From NCBI RefSeq assembly GCF_006345805.1, contig NC_042997.1, positions 5,084,001-5,148,000 on the forward strand: a DNA stretch of 64,000 nt, read 5' to 3'. The notes under the pieces were generated by a model. That model made no database searches. It saw nothing but the letters and a program-made list of their open reading frames with translations, and was not told where the DNA came from. The position numbers and the translations under genes were made by a program. Shown here piece by piece: positions 38,670-52,680 of the stretch (position 1 is its first letter; every line of letters starts with the position of its first letter). Source of the stretch: Octopus sinensis. Lineage: Eukaryota.

Positions 38670-41600
38670 GTAAGGTGTAAAGAAAAAGGGGGTTTTTTTT
38701 ACGTTTGAGGAGGGGAAAAAAATTACATTGATTTTTGCCAAAAAATAATGATAAACATTTACGAAAGTTAAAAAATAGGTCCACCGATACATTGTAAAGT
38801 CTTTGTGTATCTCGAGTTTAATGATAGTTCTTGAAAAAATTACCTTGGAGGATTGAGATCCTTGTGATTAAATCCAGGTGCTGTTTAATTTAATTAAGCA
38901 TGTCTGTTAAGTGAATGTCAGAACAGGAAGTAGTTGTTCAGTTCCTGTGAGTAAGGGGAGACAACTCTGTGGGTTTTAAACTCTTCAATTTGGGTTTATC
39001 AATTTTTTCTAATAAAGGGTGTTAATAAACTTTAAATTATAACATTATCATTTTGGCTTCATTTGCATTATCTTTTATTATATTTTTATTTAATTGTTAA
39101 CTAACTTAACATTCAGATTTTAACACTTTAATTATATTGTTTTCTAATTATATAAATTTACATAAACCAATTTATAATTACATTTCAGATTGTTATGTCA
39201 TATATAATAAAAACAAAAATAATAATAATAGTAAAATAATAATAATGATAAATAAAGAATATAAGTTTTATCTTAAAGTGATGACTGTATAATATCCTTT
39301 TTTATATTTGTATTAGTCCAACCATGAAGAATGCGTTAGAAAAAAGAAGTATGATCAACGAGGAGTTTGCATATTAAGATGCGTTTGAATTTTTCAATAA
39401 AGAGATTCTCCTTGTTAATTCTCTCCTGTGTGGTAATTCCGTCTTTACATTGGTAGAAGGGGAATATGTAAAATTTGAGATTTTTGTCTTTAGCACATGA
39501 GTCTATATGGCCACTCACTGGAATTTGCCGGTATTCTGGGAAGTTTTTTTGTTCTTTATGGAACGCTATACTTTCACGTAAATGGAGGCTCGTTTGTCCA
39601 ACATAATTATGTTGGCAACCGGCGCATGTGAGAACGTAGATAAGGTTCTCGGAGGAACAGGAGAAGTTGGTCTTGATTTTAAACTTTGTTCCTTGTTTGA
39701 AGTTAAATTCAGAGCCAAGTAAGAAGTGGCAGGTGCCACAGTTTGGGCGTGCACATTTTTTCACTGCTGGGGATGGATGTGGTGTGTGAAGTTTGGCATT
39801 TGTCAAGAGTTTTTTTAAAGATTTCTTTTGCCTTTTACATTTGAGGATTTTGTGTGTATTTATAATGTTTTTCATTGTTGGATATGTTGATAGTAGAGTG
39901 AGGTTTTGTATAATTGTGGCGTATGCTTCGGTATTTTTGGGATTGTGGGTGGAAATGTATGGAAGTATTTTGGGGTTGTGTGTGTTGTTGGGTTGGGTGG
40001 TTTTCAGTGTAATGTTGTCTAGTTCTTTGGCGCGTTTTATTCCATGCTCTATAAGGGATATTGGCGTTGTAATAGTGTTTTTTTGAGGTCTTGAAGGCGT
40101 ATTTCTCGAGTTTTGTCATCCGAGACAATGGTGCATACCCTTTTAGCTCAGTTGAAACGGATATTTGTCTTGGTGTGTTTTGGGTGGCATGAACTAAAGA
40201 GGAAGTATTGTTGTGAGTCTGTAGGTTTGTGGTAGATGTCTGTTAAGATTTGGTTCTTAGGTATTTTTATAATTAGGAGATCAAGGAAAGGGAGATGATG
40301 TTTGCTGCATTCCATAGTGAATTGGATGTTGGGATGTATGTTGTTTAGTTTGGCTTTGAATTCCAGAAGCTTTTCATAAGATTATTTCCATATAATGAAA
40401 CAATCATCCAAATACCTTTTCCAGTTTTCCATTAGGTAGGTGTGGAAAACATGTCCAAATTTCTGGCGTGATATCTCATAGAGTGATAGTTCGAATAAGC
40501 CCATTATGAGGTTCGCAAGGGCTGGTGCAGCCTTGGTACCCATCGCAAAACCACATTTTTGACGTTAGGGTGTGTTATCGAAGAGGAAATAATTGTTTGT
40601 CAGAATGAACTTGAGTGATTCCGTAATAAATGTCTTGTGGATGCGGTCAGGGAATGTCTCTGGGTGTTTTGTTTTTCTAACCAGAAATCAATTGCCTCAA
40701 TACTATATTTATGTGGGATGTTGGTGTAGAGGTTGATGACATCAAAGGATACCAGGAGCACCTCCTCGTTTACTGTTTTCGGGAGGTGTTTGAGCATGTC
40801 CAGATCATCCCTAATAAAACTTTTGATGTGAGTAAGGAAAGGTTTCAAAAGGATGTCTAGGAAATTACTCAAGCAGTGTGTTTCACAGGAGGTGCCAGCC
40901 ACGATGGGCCTTAGTTTTAGGTCCTCCGGTGCTTTGATGTTGATGTGGATGTCAGAGGAGAGTTTGCAGGTTTCGGTGATGTATTTGTTTTTATGGACTT
41001 TAGGAAGGCCATAAAAAGTCTAGGCTTGCATTTGAAATTGGTGATATAATCCCTTTCTTTTTCTGTGAGTCCCTGACCGTCTTGCAGTATGAGTGTGGTG
41101 CGGTTTTTGATTGTTTTTGTTGTTTATAGTTGTAATAACCTCATAGAAAGTGTTGTTGTTTAGCATGGAAAGCACTAGGTGTTTATAAAATTCCGTATCC
41201 ATAAGGACCACAGCGCTCCCTTTGTCGGGTTCTTTGATGGTAAGGATTTTGTCCAGTTGTAAGTCACGTAGGTTTTTCCATTCCTCCCTATTGAAATTGG
41301 ATTTTATCTTGGTTTTGTCTGGGGTAAAGGGGAGACTCTGGATGTGCTTGCAAAAATCGTCCAGTGCCTTATTTCTTCCTTTTGATGGTAGGAAGTTACT
41401 TTTGTTTTTGATCAATGAATCGTTCTTATTGTTGAGATCTGTCAGAGCTTCTGTTAAACGAAGTTTTCTGCAGAATTCAGAAACGTCATCCTTGACTTCC
41501 GGGGGGTTGGGTGTTCTTGTGGTGGGTGTGAATTTCAAACCTCTTGCTAAGATGTTGATTTGGGTTGATGTCAGTGTTTTGCTGGAGAGGTTTATAATTT

Positions 41601-42250
41601 TTGTTTTCTTAGTTTTGGGTCTGTGTTAGAGGTGGTGTTTGTATTTTTCTCCTCTGTCTAAAAAATGGTGGTTGAAGTAAGGGGTGTATTGTTTATTAAT
41701 GTTCTGGTTGTATGTGTGGGGGTGTTTTTGGGTGGAGAAGTTGGAAGGGGGTAGATAGTTGTAGTGCTTATGTTGGTATGGGATGTGATGATGTAAGGTT
41801 TTGTGAGAAATGCGGTGGGTTTGTGGGTGTTTGTATGGTAGATTGTATGGGAGGATGTAGAGGGGTATGTAGTGGTGGTGATTGGGTTCGTGTGGGAGGT
41901 GAGGGTTTGGAGATCTGTAGGAAATGTGGTAGGAATGTGGTTGTTGGATGGGAGGACTGTAAGGGATCATTCCTTGTGTATGGGAGATTCTTGATGGTTC
42001 TTGTCGATGGCGGAGGGGTGTTAGAATGATTAGAGATCCAGGTTTTGGAGTGGGTCTTGTTTGAGATATTTCGGGGCGGGAGGGCTTTTTTTATGGTTTG
42101 GGGAGGTTTTGTCCAGTTTGGAGGGGGTTTGGAGAGTATGTGTGTTTGAGGTGTGATTTGGGGTGGTGTTTATGGGGGACATTGGAAGTCTGTGTTGTGG
42201 ATCCTTTTAAGAATGGGTTTTGGATTTATGGTTTAATATGAATTGTGTTT
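38628..42250 (-). mobile_element. PLE2: near full-length degenerate Penelope-like element, Neptune-like
   Basis: TFYGLPKVHK, VSFDVINLYTNIP, GFAMGTKAAPALANL, KRYLDDCF, PFLDLLI; linker KCARPNCGTC; GIY-YIG LIYVLTCAGC...YVGQT; ~700-nt 3' region ending in the hammerhead motif and (TA)n. Confidence 0.93.
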
Positions 42251-42609
42251 CATAATTGAGGAAGAAATATATATATATAGTAGTGTTTATATTCTTAGAA
42301 GTAAGCTGATAAATCTGTGTATTTTTCTCTGTTTCTGTCACCCACATTCAGTGTTTGCGTATATCCGTCCACATAACCTAGCAGTCCGTCAAGTGCTATC
42401 AAGTGCTAATTTTTAATTTTTATATATACATTATAACATGTTTCAGTTCCTGAACTGAACCTTATCAAAAAAAGCTATATATAAAAAAAGACAACTCATG
42501 CCGTCAAACACAAGAAATTCATTTATAATACACAACGGAGTCAGACATCTTAGTGTTCGTGTATAGTTGATATATAGTTTGAAATAAGTTCATTCATGCT
42601 ATATGTTCA

Positions 42610-43500
42610 AAACCAGCAGTTAGAAAATGTGGAAGGCCCATCTGCGGAATCTGTGTCATCTTGAAAGAAGGATCAGAATTTATACTGGAACAAGGCCACC
42701 AGTTCACCATTAGAACAAACTTCACCTGCGCATCAGAAAACTTAATTTACGTCATAACATGCGCAGGCTGCAATAGGCAGTATATAGGCCATACAAAAAA
42801 TAGCTTACGTAACAGGATGGCGGTGCATAAATCACAAATTAGAAACCCTGATTACCGCAAAATACCGGTCAGCGGACACATAGATAGATGTGCTGGAAAT
42901 GTAAATCCGAAATTTACAACTAACCCGCTCTATAAATTCAGTGACAACGCAACCTTCACACAACGCCAAAATAAAGAACTATATTTCATAAAAAAATTTA
43001 GACCAAGTTTAAACACCCTGGGCCAGGAATACTAAAACAAAAGATAAGTCCTCCGAAAAGGAGAAGCAAAATTCCACCACGGCCGCTACCCTAAAGGGAC
43101 ACTCGCACTGACGGAAATATGCCTTAGTAAAAAAAAGGGGAAAAAATTCTTTCGTGCAAATCTGACCCTGATACATACGATACAGCTAAGGGTTAGACCC
43201 GATTCTGATTGATCAACAAGTTGATGACGTCTAGTTCTGCTAGAATGGACAGGATACAAACAGGGGACAGTCAGTAGTCAGAATATTGATGACGTCCTTT
43301 TCTGCTTGACCAGTCACCTAACAAGTACAGACAGGGGGCAGATCTAATGTAGCTATAAGTCGTGATTGGACAGAATCTGGATGACGTCTCGTTCTGCTTG
43401 ACTAACGAAGCGACTGGTTTATACACGCCATGATACCGTCGGTATCTACATATCAAATATGAGCGCAATCGGATGGAGGATGCCCGAGAACCTAGAAGCC
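42610..43500 (+). mobile_element. PLE3: 5'-truncated PLE retaining an uninterrupted zinc-linker + GIY-YIG frame (42610-43035) and its 3' region
   Basis: KCGRPICGIC...LIYVITCAGCNRQYIGHT...HKSQ...SGHIDRC...KELYFIKKFRPSLN. No in-frame ATG and no RT upstream. Confidence 0.88.
43223..43400 (+). promoter_or_regulatory. Three gatgacgtc-NN-ttctgct motifs (CRE/ATF-like) in the PLE3 3' region
   Basis: Copies at 43223, 43288 and 43380; reverse CCAAT (gattgg) at ~43364. Promoter function is inference. Confidence 0.4.
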
Positions 43501-44863
43501 ACATATACACACTGATACATACGGATATAGAAATATCCATACGTATATATACCTATATCTATTTATTATCTCTCTCTTCCACCCCTCTCTCTCTATATAC
43601 ACACACACACACATATATATATATATTTAGTGGTACACATATACACACCCAATATATTCATTACAGTTTTACTTGGCTGTTTAAAATTGCACAAGAATGA
43701 TTGCTACATAAGTAAATTAAAGAATTATATATTCGTGATTAAACATTAAAATTATTTTCAAGAACTACATTTATGGCCACATTACGCATTTATTTCTACA
43801 CATGTAAGCATATTGTAACATTTATAGCTTATCACACTTAATTACTTCGTATCACTCTCTCTCCCTCCATTTTTTGTTCTTAAGACTTCTCTCTTTCCCC
43901 ACAAACTGCTTCTTTTGTCCCTCTCTCGTATTTCTTCCTTGCACACCTTCTGTCTTTCCCACACGTCCTCCTCTCAGTCTTTTCGTTTAATCATATTGCC
44001 ACTTTGATTGTAACCTCACGTCCGTTACTTCTTAAGTATACATTTAATGCATTGTTACACAATTCTCTCAATGTAAACCGACGTCATAACTATGATATCT
44101 TTTCTAAATAATTCTGTTTTTCCTTTATGAAACGAATTATCCCAAATTTAGATAATTTTCAATTTCTTCACACTTTGTGTTCATTTTGATTATATACGTA
44201 TACAAGAATACGTTATACGATGCGCTATACTACCACATATTATAATCGTTCATCTTTATACAATGTTTCGTTGTGTGTGTTGTTGTAGCATACACGCATA
44301 TCACAGTATGTACGGCACCCACAATATCACAGATTCCAATATATATATAGTTCCAGATATGTTACTGAGACAGAAGAATTCTTAATATTACTCTCATAAT
44401 TAGTATAGAAACCTGTATGCTGAGGAACAATACATTTCCTCAAAAGAAAATAGTTTCAAACTACGTATGATAGTCTGTTATACAGGATGGGTATCGGAGA
44501 TCTGTTGCTAAATAAACCACTGTGATGTTCTTTCGCTAAGTCAATTTTCCATATAAGTTTCGTACACTAATTTGTATGGAATAATGTTACTGCAATTTCG
44601 CTAACGTCAGTACTGGTCTAAATTCTTCAAGTTCAAAAGCGAATTTTCTGATATTATTATTACATGCGTGCGTAACTATTTGGCAGCCATACATAGCAAA
44701 GATGCAACTAACAAGTAATAGAGGGTTGCGTATTAAAACCGTTAGAATGTTGGATGTTACAATATAAAATATAAAACGTATTTCGCAATAACATGAAACT
44801 TGGGTCTCGAGACAAACACTCGCCCGCAGTTTAAGTTTCAATTAAAACCTATATTTTTATAAA

Positions 44864-44894
<31 letters not shown>

Positions 44895-46312
44895 TTAAAC
44901 CTTTAAAGATTAGAGATATATAATCCAGTCAATTAGTGGTATTAGTGGTATTGTGATATAATCCAGGCGTCGTTAATCCCATCGAATGATAAGGAAGATA
45001 TAAAATTGTTTAAAAATAAGAATTGTATGATATTTCATTGAACAGATAAATCGTGAGACCTCTTTCTTGCATGTTATAAGGCACAACGACTATATATTCA
45101 AGATATAAATAAAAGAAACTGAGATTTATATATCTTCAAACCTTGTTTATCACAGTTTTACTCTCAATAGAATCACGCTGTATTTCAGCCCGACACGTTT
45201 TTCTGAGGCATAGGCGACCTAATGTTCCTTGATGTAGCATATATGGGCATCCAGTTACTTCAATTGCAGTATATATTCATGCAGCGTAGATGTATATACA
45301 CAATTTAATTATAGATATACGAATAGAAATATTCTTTTCAAAGATGGAGCCAATAATAGTTTCAGGATGATTTTAAATTTTACTCACGTAAAATCATTCC
45401 GTGTATCATACAGTTGATATTCTCATGTAGCCAAATCCAAAGTGACATCTAGAATATTCATTTTACTGTCCGTTTTCAGTGAAAATAATCACGTATAAGT
45501 CTTTAAATAAATTAAATAGCTTTTTTTCCCATTATTTCTCATTATATTGCTATATTTATATACATTAAAGCGAGCGTTTTCCCTATATAACTCCCCTCCA
45601 CCGTTCCAGGAAATTCTCTATTGATACATATAAAGCATAAATACTCACAAAGTTTGTTGCCTGAGTGGAATCGCTGGAGCCGATGGTAATGTCGATCTGT
45701 TGAAGCCTATCGTTGCTTTTTCATTATTTTCCCTCGAATACAATTATAGATTTTCTCGCAGCCAGTGTGATATCTACTCGAACTAGTGAAGGCTTCAATC
45801 TATTTCCTTAGATCATGAACCATCACTTTAACTTTGAATGATTACCAGAATATAGTAATATCGTATTTCACAGCAATCTCTATTTTCCTCTATATTAAGC
45901 TTCTAAACCTCCCCCGCTTAAATTATACTTAAATAGGACTATCAAAGGCTGAATTCCAAGATTTGCTTCGCCAAAACTGCATGAATACAAAATCGAATGA
46001 AGATATTGTAAGCCCGAAATTGTTACCACTTTCACCCTCCACAAAAAAATCTCAAATTTCATTTAATTTGCCTTACGAGAAGGACTGGTTTAACGAGGTC
46101 GCGTCTTGTCCCTACTTTCAAAACGCAGAGTAGATAAAACAGGAGACAACTGATGAAGGGAACGTTCTTTATGTTGCCTGTCTTGTTTCTCTGTCTGTGT
46201 GATTCTTTCGTTGTTCGAAAAAGTTCATTTTCTCTGTTTTTGTTTTTATGTTCACGTTTCTCATTTTGTCTACGTTTTTTTGTCATGTCCTGTACCCATA
46301 TATGCATGTATA

Positions 46313-46400
<88 letters not shown>

Positions 46401-47425
46401 ATGTAGGTACGTTCATATATGTATATATATGCATATATTTATATTGTATATATATATATAAACATATATATATATATGCATACAAACATACATACATAAG
46501 CACATATGTACACACATGCATTAGTGTACGTGTGTATACATGAGGTTTGGTATAATGAATTTTATCATAATGAATAATCACTTTATAGAACTCACGGTGT
46601 GTTTGATATGATATACAAGTATGTTGGATGTGAGATGTATGTATTACGTGCGTTCTCCAAGCGGCCTTTGATTTTTTTCATTATTTTCGCTTGAGAGCTT
46701 AGTTTAAATTGGATGTTTTTGTTATCTTTACAAATCGCTGTTTTAGCCGTCAAATATTACACTACCTTCCGTCGAATTTTCGCATTTTAATCTCACTCTT
46801 GCTTTTATAATAAATTATTTGTAGTTAAAATTATTCATATTACTACTTGTTATATAAATCGATATATTCAAAATGATTTCCAAATCAAGGTGGCTAAATT
46901 GCTTTCTTTATTTGTCTCGCTCCTTATCACTAAACGTTGGAAATTAAAATATAAACTCTATATCAATTAGGGATATCGGTATCAGTTGAAGCTGCATGCA
47001 AACATTACTATGCTTCTAGTTTCTGGCTCCTTTTGTTTGGCTGATTTCATTTTGCGTTTGGTTAGATTATTGTATTTATTCTGTTTTTAAAGTGTTCTGT
47101 GTTTCCGTGTTCATGAGCAGTTCGATCTTAATTGTGCAATAAAATCTCTGAAAATACTATAATTTCAATGTTTTTGGAAGGGTGGAATAATTATATCTTT
47201 CATGTCTTTGTTTAGCATCAACGTAATTTACTGTTTACCGTCAAATGTACGCTTGTAACGCATGACAATTATCAATGTTACTCGAAAATCAATACCGTTT
47301 ACTTCTTTGAATTAAATAACATACTTTCACGCGGAGATCTTTTTATTATTATTGTTATTATCATCATTATATTTGTTATTGCCATTATAATCATCAGCAG
47401 CAGCAGCAACAGCAGCAGCAGTAGC

Positions 47426-47490
<65 letters not shown>

Positions 47491-48410
47491 GATTTATTTA
47501 TTTATTTATTTATTTATTCATTTTCTACAACCATCACAAATACACTCTTTTCCGATATCCCCTTAATTGTAATCGAGTAATGTTTATATATTCGCGATTA
47601 AATTATATTCATTGTTCGAAAGCTTAGAAAAGCTGTAGCACAAGGACGTAAATATATTAATATTTTCCAGATATTTTGTTTAATAATTACTTAACACGTT
47701 AGAAACATACCCATAGTGGTTTAACATTTTGCCATTCTAAATTTTGGCATTGTGCAATTGGAAGATAATTGAGATATTAAATAATGTAAACACGAAATGC
47801 ACCAAGATGGAAAGTCGTTAATTATATTGATTATATGTAGCATTAAATAATAAATTTATTCGTTATTCCCAAAACCGTTTAAATTTGCATTAAATTCTAA
47901 AATAGATAGACAGCCAATGATTTTAACAAGAAATTTTCTTTTGGTAATTTTCACCTCAACGATTCGCACAACACTTCATAGTATTCGGGAAAGTAAAGTC
48001 AATTAAATCTCTTTCGGCATTCAGTGACAGTGATACGATATTTCACCAGTAAATCTCTATATCTGTTGTTAGATATGTAGCAGTGGACGTTGGACAACAA
48101 AAGAGCATGTTAGAACGTACTAAACTCGAACAAAAAACAGAAAAAGAAACACCACGCAATGCAATAATATAGGCTTTATCAGTCAAATCCTATTTCACGT
48201 TTAAACCTAATTTAGGAAATACTTCAGGTCTATGAAAATAACACATGTAACTCGTATAAAGAGTAGATAAGACTAATTCACGCATCGGGACAACTAAATG
48301 TAACACCAATGATTAATCATTTCAACTGCGTCTGTTATGGTTCAATGGAAAGATTTTATATTACAAATTATGCACACAATCACATAAACACACAAGCAAC
48401 TTGTCTTCGT

Positions 48411-48830
48411 ATAGGCTGTTTGGTAAGTAGCCTGCTTACCAGTCACATGGTTCCGGGTTCCGTCCCACTGCATGGCACTTTCTGCAAGTGTCTTCTACTC
48501 TAGCCTCGGGCAGGTCAAAGCCTTGTGATTATATTTGGTTGACGGAAACAGAAAGAAGCCCGTCATATATTTATATATATATGTATGTATGTGTGTGTGG
48601 GGGGTAATATAATATAATATATGTGTATATATGTATGAATATATATGTATAGGTTTGTGTTTGTGCCCCGGTAACTTAGTGTTTCGGCAAAAGATATCGA
48701 AAGAATAAGTACTAGGCTTACAGAGAATAAGTCCTGGGGGTCGACTGGTTCGAAAAAAGGCAATGCTCCAGCATGGTTGCAGGGAAAGGACTGATACAAA
48801 TAAAAGAATAAAAGAATATACAACAAATAT
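48411..48830 (+). mobile_element. tRNA-derived SINE with internal (TA)/(TG) microsatellite
   Basis: Head homologous to 21297-21450; tail ...gaataagtactaggcttacagagaataagtcctggggg...aaataaaagaataaaagaata. Reverse-oriented tail remnants at ~14670-14810 and ~53880-53945. Confidence 0.85.
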
Positions 48831-48880
48831 TTAAGTCTGTGTCCGTGTGCGTTTATCTGTATGCGTTTCTTATGTGTGTT

Positions 48881-48931
<51 letters not shown>

Positions 48932-50464
48932 ACCTGCTTGTGAGTGTGTGTGCATTGATGTTTGTTTTTATGTTATAATGACACCAATTTTGGGTGAATT
49001 GAAGAATTACTCAATACATTTAGTACAAATTTATTATTCTTTAACAAGAACCGTATTGACAGTGATTTCGAAATTTCAGTCACCTAAGCCATCATCGGGC
49101 TGCAAATCATTTAGTTTCATCTCAGTTTTATATGGTCCCCCTTAAGTGGAAAACTTCTCTGGATGACCTGAATTCTGTTGAATAATAATTAGACTGTACG
49201 TTGGGTTGAAATGGTAAGAAGATATGGAGAATTTTTATTGATTAAATTGGGGAAGTGCTAGTTGTTAGAATTTATTCATGCATGAATAGATTTATAATTA
49301 GGTGTTTATGTTTAGGTGTGTCATTTTCAGGTCAAAGTATTCCACAAAAGAATGTAGTATGGCTATTAGTCAGCAGATCTGTAACATGGTTTGTGGCAGA
49401 ATAATTTCGTTTCTTAACATGTTGAATGTTGTCGCCGGCCCATAGTAGCGAGATGTCCAACATTTTCTCATTGTACAAAATGTCATTAACTCATTTCGTT
49501 TAATTAAAATGCTATCCTAAAGGAACTCAGATCCTTCTTTATTGCACAGTCCGCAGAGACAACCCCACCTCCGACTGGCCCGGCCGCACTCTATAACCGA
49601 CTATTTATAGCTACAGTAAATTTTACTACGAGATAGATTGCGGATATTATCGGTTAGTAAAGTTTAAATTCTTACAGGAACAGTAAGGACGTATCTATTT
49701 CCTTTCTTCTTCGGCTCACAGAAATTTTGAATCAAAGTTTTTGGAATACAATAAAAACTGACTTCTACACATTTATTCTTACCTGTAGGGTAGCAAGTGA
49801 GGTAAATGGAGGATAGTTTAAAGTATGCACTTCGCAGTCAACGATAGCAGCAACAACAACAATACCAGTGGCAACAACTTGAGATGCAATATGTCAAACA
49901 AAGGAAGAGGCAGCAGTCTCAAAACCACCATCGTGTATCATAATTTACCTGCAAATGAGAGGATATCAAGGCCATGTCCCCCACTGTAGTAACAATAAAT
50001 TACACGCCCTTCTCTTTAGTGTTAGTGCATGGATGGATCACCATCTTAGAAGCACATTTAGACACTATGTTGTTAATAGAGAAGTGGGGACAAAGGCTTC
50101 GAAAATGTGCTCGGTCGTCTCAAACTTAGTGAAAACGACCGACTTAATTACCTGAATGTACTAATATTGACATGGATGCAGCGCATCGTGTCATCTGGTT
50201 GGTATCTATATGGTGTTATATGTCAGCAATAGATAGCAATAGTATAGTCTGTCCATAATTTAATGCAAGCTGTTAAGCCCATCACCAATTTTCACCTGTG
50301 TGGTTCAAAGCAAGGACCCCCTCACTAGAATCTTAACGCGTCATTGCCGGCATGCAGTATTTACAGAAACGCGATCAATGAATTTCTTCCGTGAGAGTGC
50401 AATCACCGAAGTAAAGAATCCAGTAAAGAATGTATTATTATAATTATCATCCCCATCATTATCA

Positions 50465-50507
<43 letters not shown>

Positions 50508-50853
50508 GTCGTCGTCGTCGTCGTCGTTGTCAACATCATTACTATTATTTGGTCGGCGAGCTGGTAGGATCATAAGTGTCGGATAATGTAACTGTCATAT
50601 CTTTTAATGTTATTTATGTCTTGAGATCACGTACTAGCAGGTCAAAATTTACCTTCCATCGTTTCAGAGTCAATAAAGTAATGTAAAAGTTAAGTAACGA
50701 GGTCAATGATATCGTCTAATCTAATCTGTTCCCATCAAAACTTCTATTTTGATGGGAAAAAATCAGACACCATTATTATTATTATTACTATTGTTGTTGT
50801 TGTTGCTGCTGCTGCTGTTGTCGTTGTTGTTGTTGCTGTTGTTGTTATTTTTA

Positions 50854-51065
50854 GGGCGGCGAGCTGGTAGAATCGTTAGCACTCCCAGCAAAATGCTTAG
50901 TGGCATTTGTTTGTCCTTACATTCTGAGTTCAAATTCTGCCGAGGTCGGCTTTGCCATTCATCCTCTCAAGGTCAATAAATTAAATACCAGTGAAACACT
51001 AGGGTCGAAGTATTCAATTAGTCTCCTCCCACCAAAATTTCAAGACTCGTGCCGATAGTAGAAAA
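50854..51065 (+). mobile_element. tRNA-derived SINE
   Basis: gggcggcgagctggtagaatcgttagc (A box), gagttcaaattc (B box); a degenerate copy lies at ~50550-50720. Confidence 0.85.
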
Positions 51066-51081
51066 AATTATTTTTATTAAT

Positions 51082-52085
51082 ATCTTCTGTCAATTCTGTT
51101 TCCATTTCTTGCGGTGTGTCTTCCAGACACTTAAGGCAAAGAAATGTACTGTATACATCGGTAGTCCATTGCACAAAAAAAGACAAAAAAAAAAACCCAC
51201 CAGATTGTTCATTTACAAAATCATGTGACAGAGACAGAGAAAAAGGGGAAGAAAAAGGAAAAATAAAATAAAAAGAGTAAACAAATTAATTAAAAGGGGG
51301 AACACGTACCAGTTAAGATAATCTTTTGCGCTTCTGGAATGGATGGTAAGCCTGCAGTTTATTTTTTGATTATTCCAAATACTCCCACAATCAATGGTAT
51401 TTTAACCGTCTTGAGAAGCCACATCATTTCGATTTCGATTAGCAAATCCTCCTCATAATTTCTGAGCTTATCAAAGTCTTTTACCGATATATTATGGTCA
51501 CAAAATACGTTCATGTCAATCAATAAACAGACTTTATTGATGTTTTGTCTTTCACAACAACATCTGGCTTATTTGCTTCGATGGCCACGTCTGTACATAC
51601 TGTGAACTCCTAAAGAATAGTTAAAGTTTCTTCTACAGTTACAGACTCAGTGTAGTGCTTGTACCATTTGCCAGTAGTTTGATTTTATAATGCCGACACA
51701 TTATCCATTGTAGATGTTGGCCAGCTCTCTCATGTCTTGACTTGTGCTCTACAAGTGCTAAAACCTTACATCGTTGCACTATCGGTACTTTGGGTCTAAA
51801 CCATTTTTCATCTTATTGGTGCAATAGTTCCGGGTCAATAATCTCTTAATTTGGGCAGCGAAGATAAAGCCTCCAGGCTTTGATTTTGGCCCTGAGCGCC
51901 ATAGACACTGATGTGTGTGTTTCTCGCCTACATCAGATTCTTTGCTACAGGCCACATATCTGCCATGCAGAGGTTTTTGTTTCCACCTACCAGCCCACTG
52001 CCGAGACGCATTTTGCTTTGCTACTGATTTCATCTTCTTTACATCTACAGTTGCTACATTATGCTGTTCAACCTGGTATTATAAA
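51082..52085 (-). mobile_element. R4/Dong-type subfamily D copy 2 (degenerate); 3'-end fragment also at ~61098-61270
   Basis: WKQKPLHGRY, GFIFAAQ...TRNY, KPDVVVKD...CLLIDMNV; 3' UTR matches 32205-32400. Confidence 0.82.
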
Positions 52086-52129
52086 TAAAAACCAAATTTA
52101 CGCATATTTCTAATAGTAGTAAACCAATA

Positions 52130-52680
52130 ATTTTGGAACTCCCCGCGACATGCCTTGCCAAGACATACCAGTTCTCCCAATCTGCCCCAACGTAACCATT
52201 AAAATCATTAAAATGACAACTTTGTTATCATGAGTGTTACTGCGAATAATCTCTCTAACCTAAGTGATAGATAGACGGCAAGTTTATCATCTTCTGATGA
52301 ATTCATAGTTGATGCATATGCAATTATGAGTGTTGCATAGCAACCCTTTCGTAAGAGGAGTCTCAAAAGCATCAAACGACCAGAATGAGCACATGGTAGT
52401 TCCTCAAGTTTTGAAATCACAGTGTTTTTGATTGCAAATCCTACTTCTGATTTTCTCTCACAATGTTCCTCTCCACTGCTCCAAAATAAATAATACTCAG
52501 CAGATTTCTCTACAAAATTCCCTTTCCTATGAATTCTTTTTTCAGTTAATGCTAAAACATCCATATCATATCGCAGTAACTCATTAGCAACAAGCACGGA
52601 TCTTCTCCCCGGAAAAAATGTCAGACAATAGGTGTCTAATAACGTTCGAACATTCCAACATCTTCACATGAATCTACTCA
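52130..52680 (-). mobile_element. RTE-clade LINE endonuclease (APE) fragment
   Basis: WNVRTLLD, ELLRYDMDVLALTE, VGFAIKN, RLMLLRL, TLIIAYAST. Confidence 0.85.

Noticed and set aside
42431-42474. Possible 5' pLTR hammerhead of PLE2 (TTGATAA...GAAACATGT)
   Set aside because: The core is doubly mutated and mis-spaced, an 8-bp hairpin sequesters GAA, and it does not match the 3' motif at 38628.
46145-46185. CTGATGA (46150) and CTGAAGA (21937) in a shared repeat as hammerheads
   Set aside because: Neither copy has GAAA or stem III downstream.
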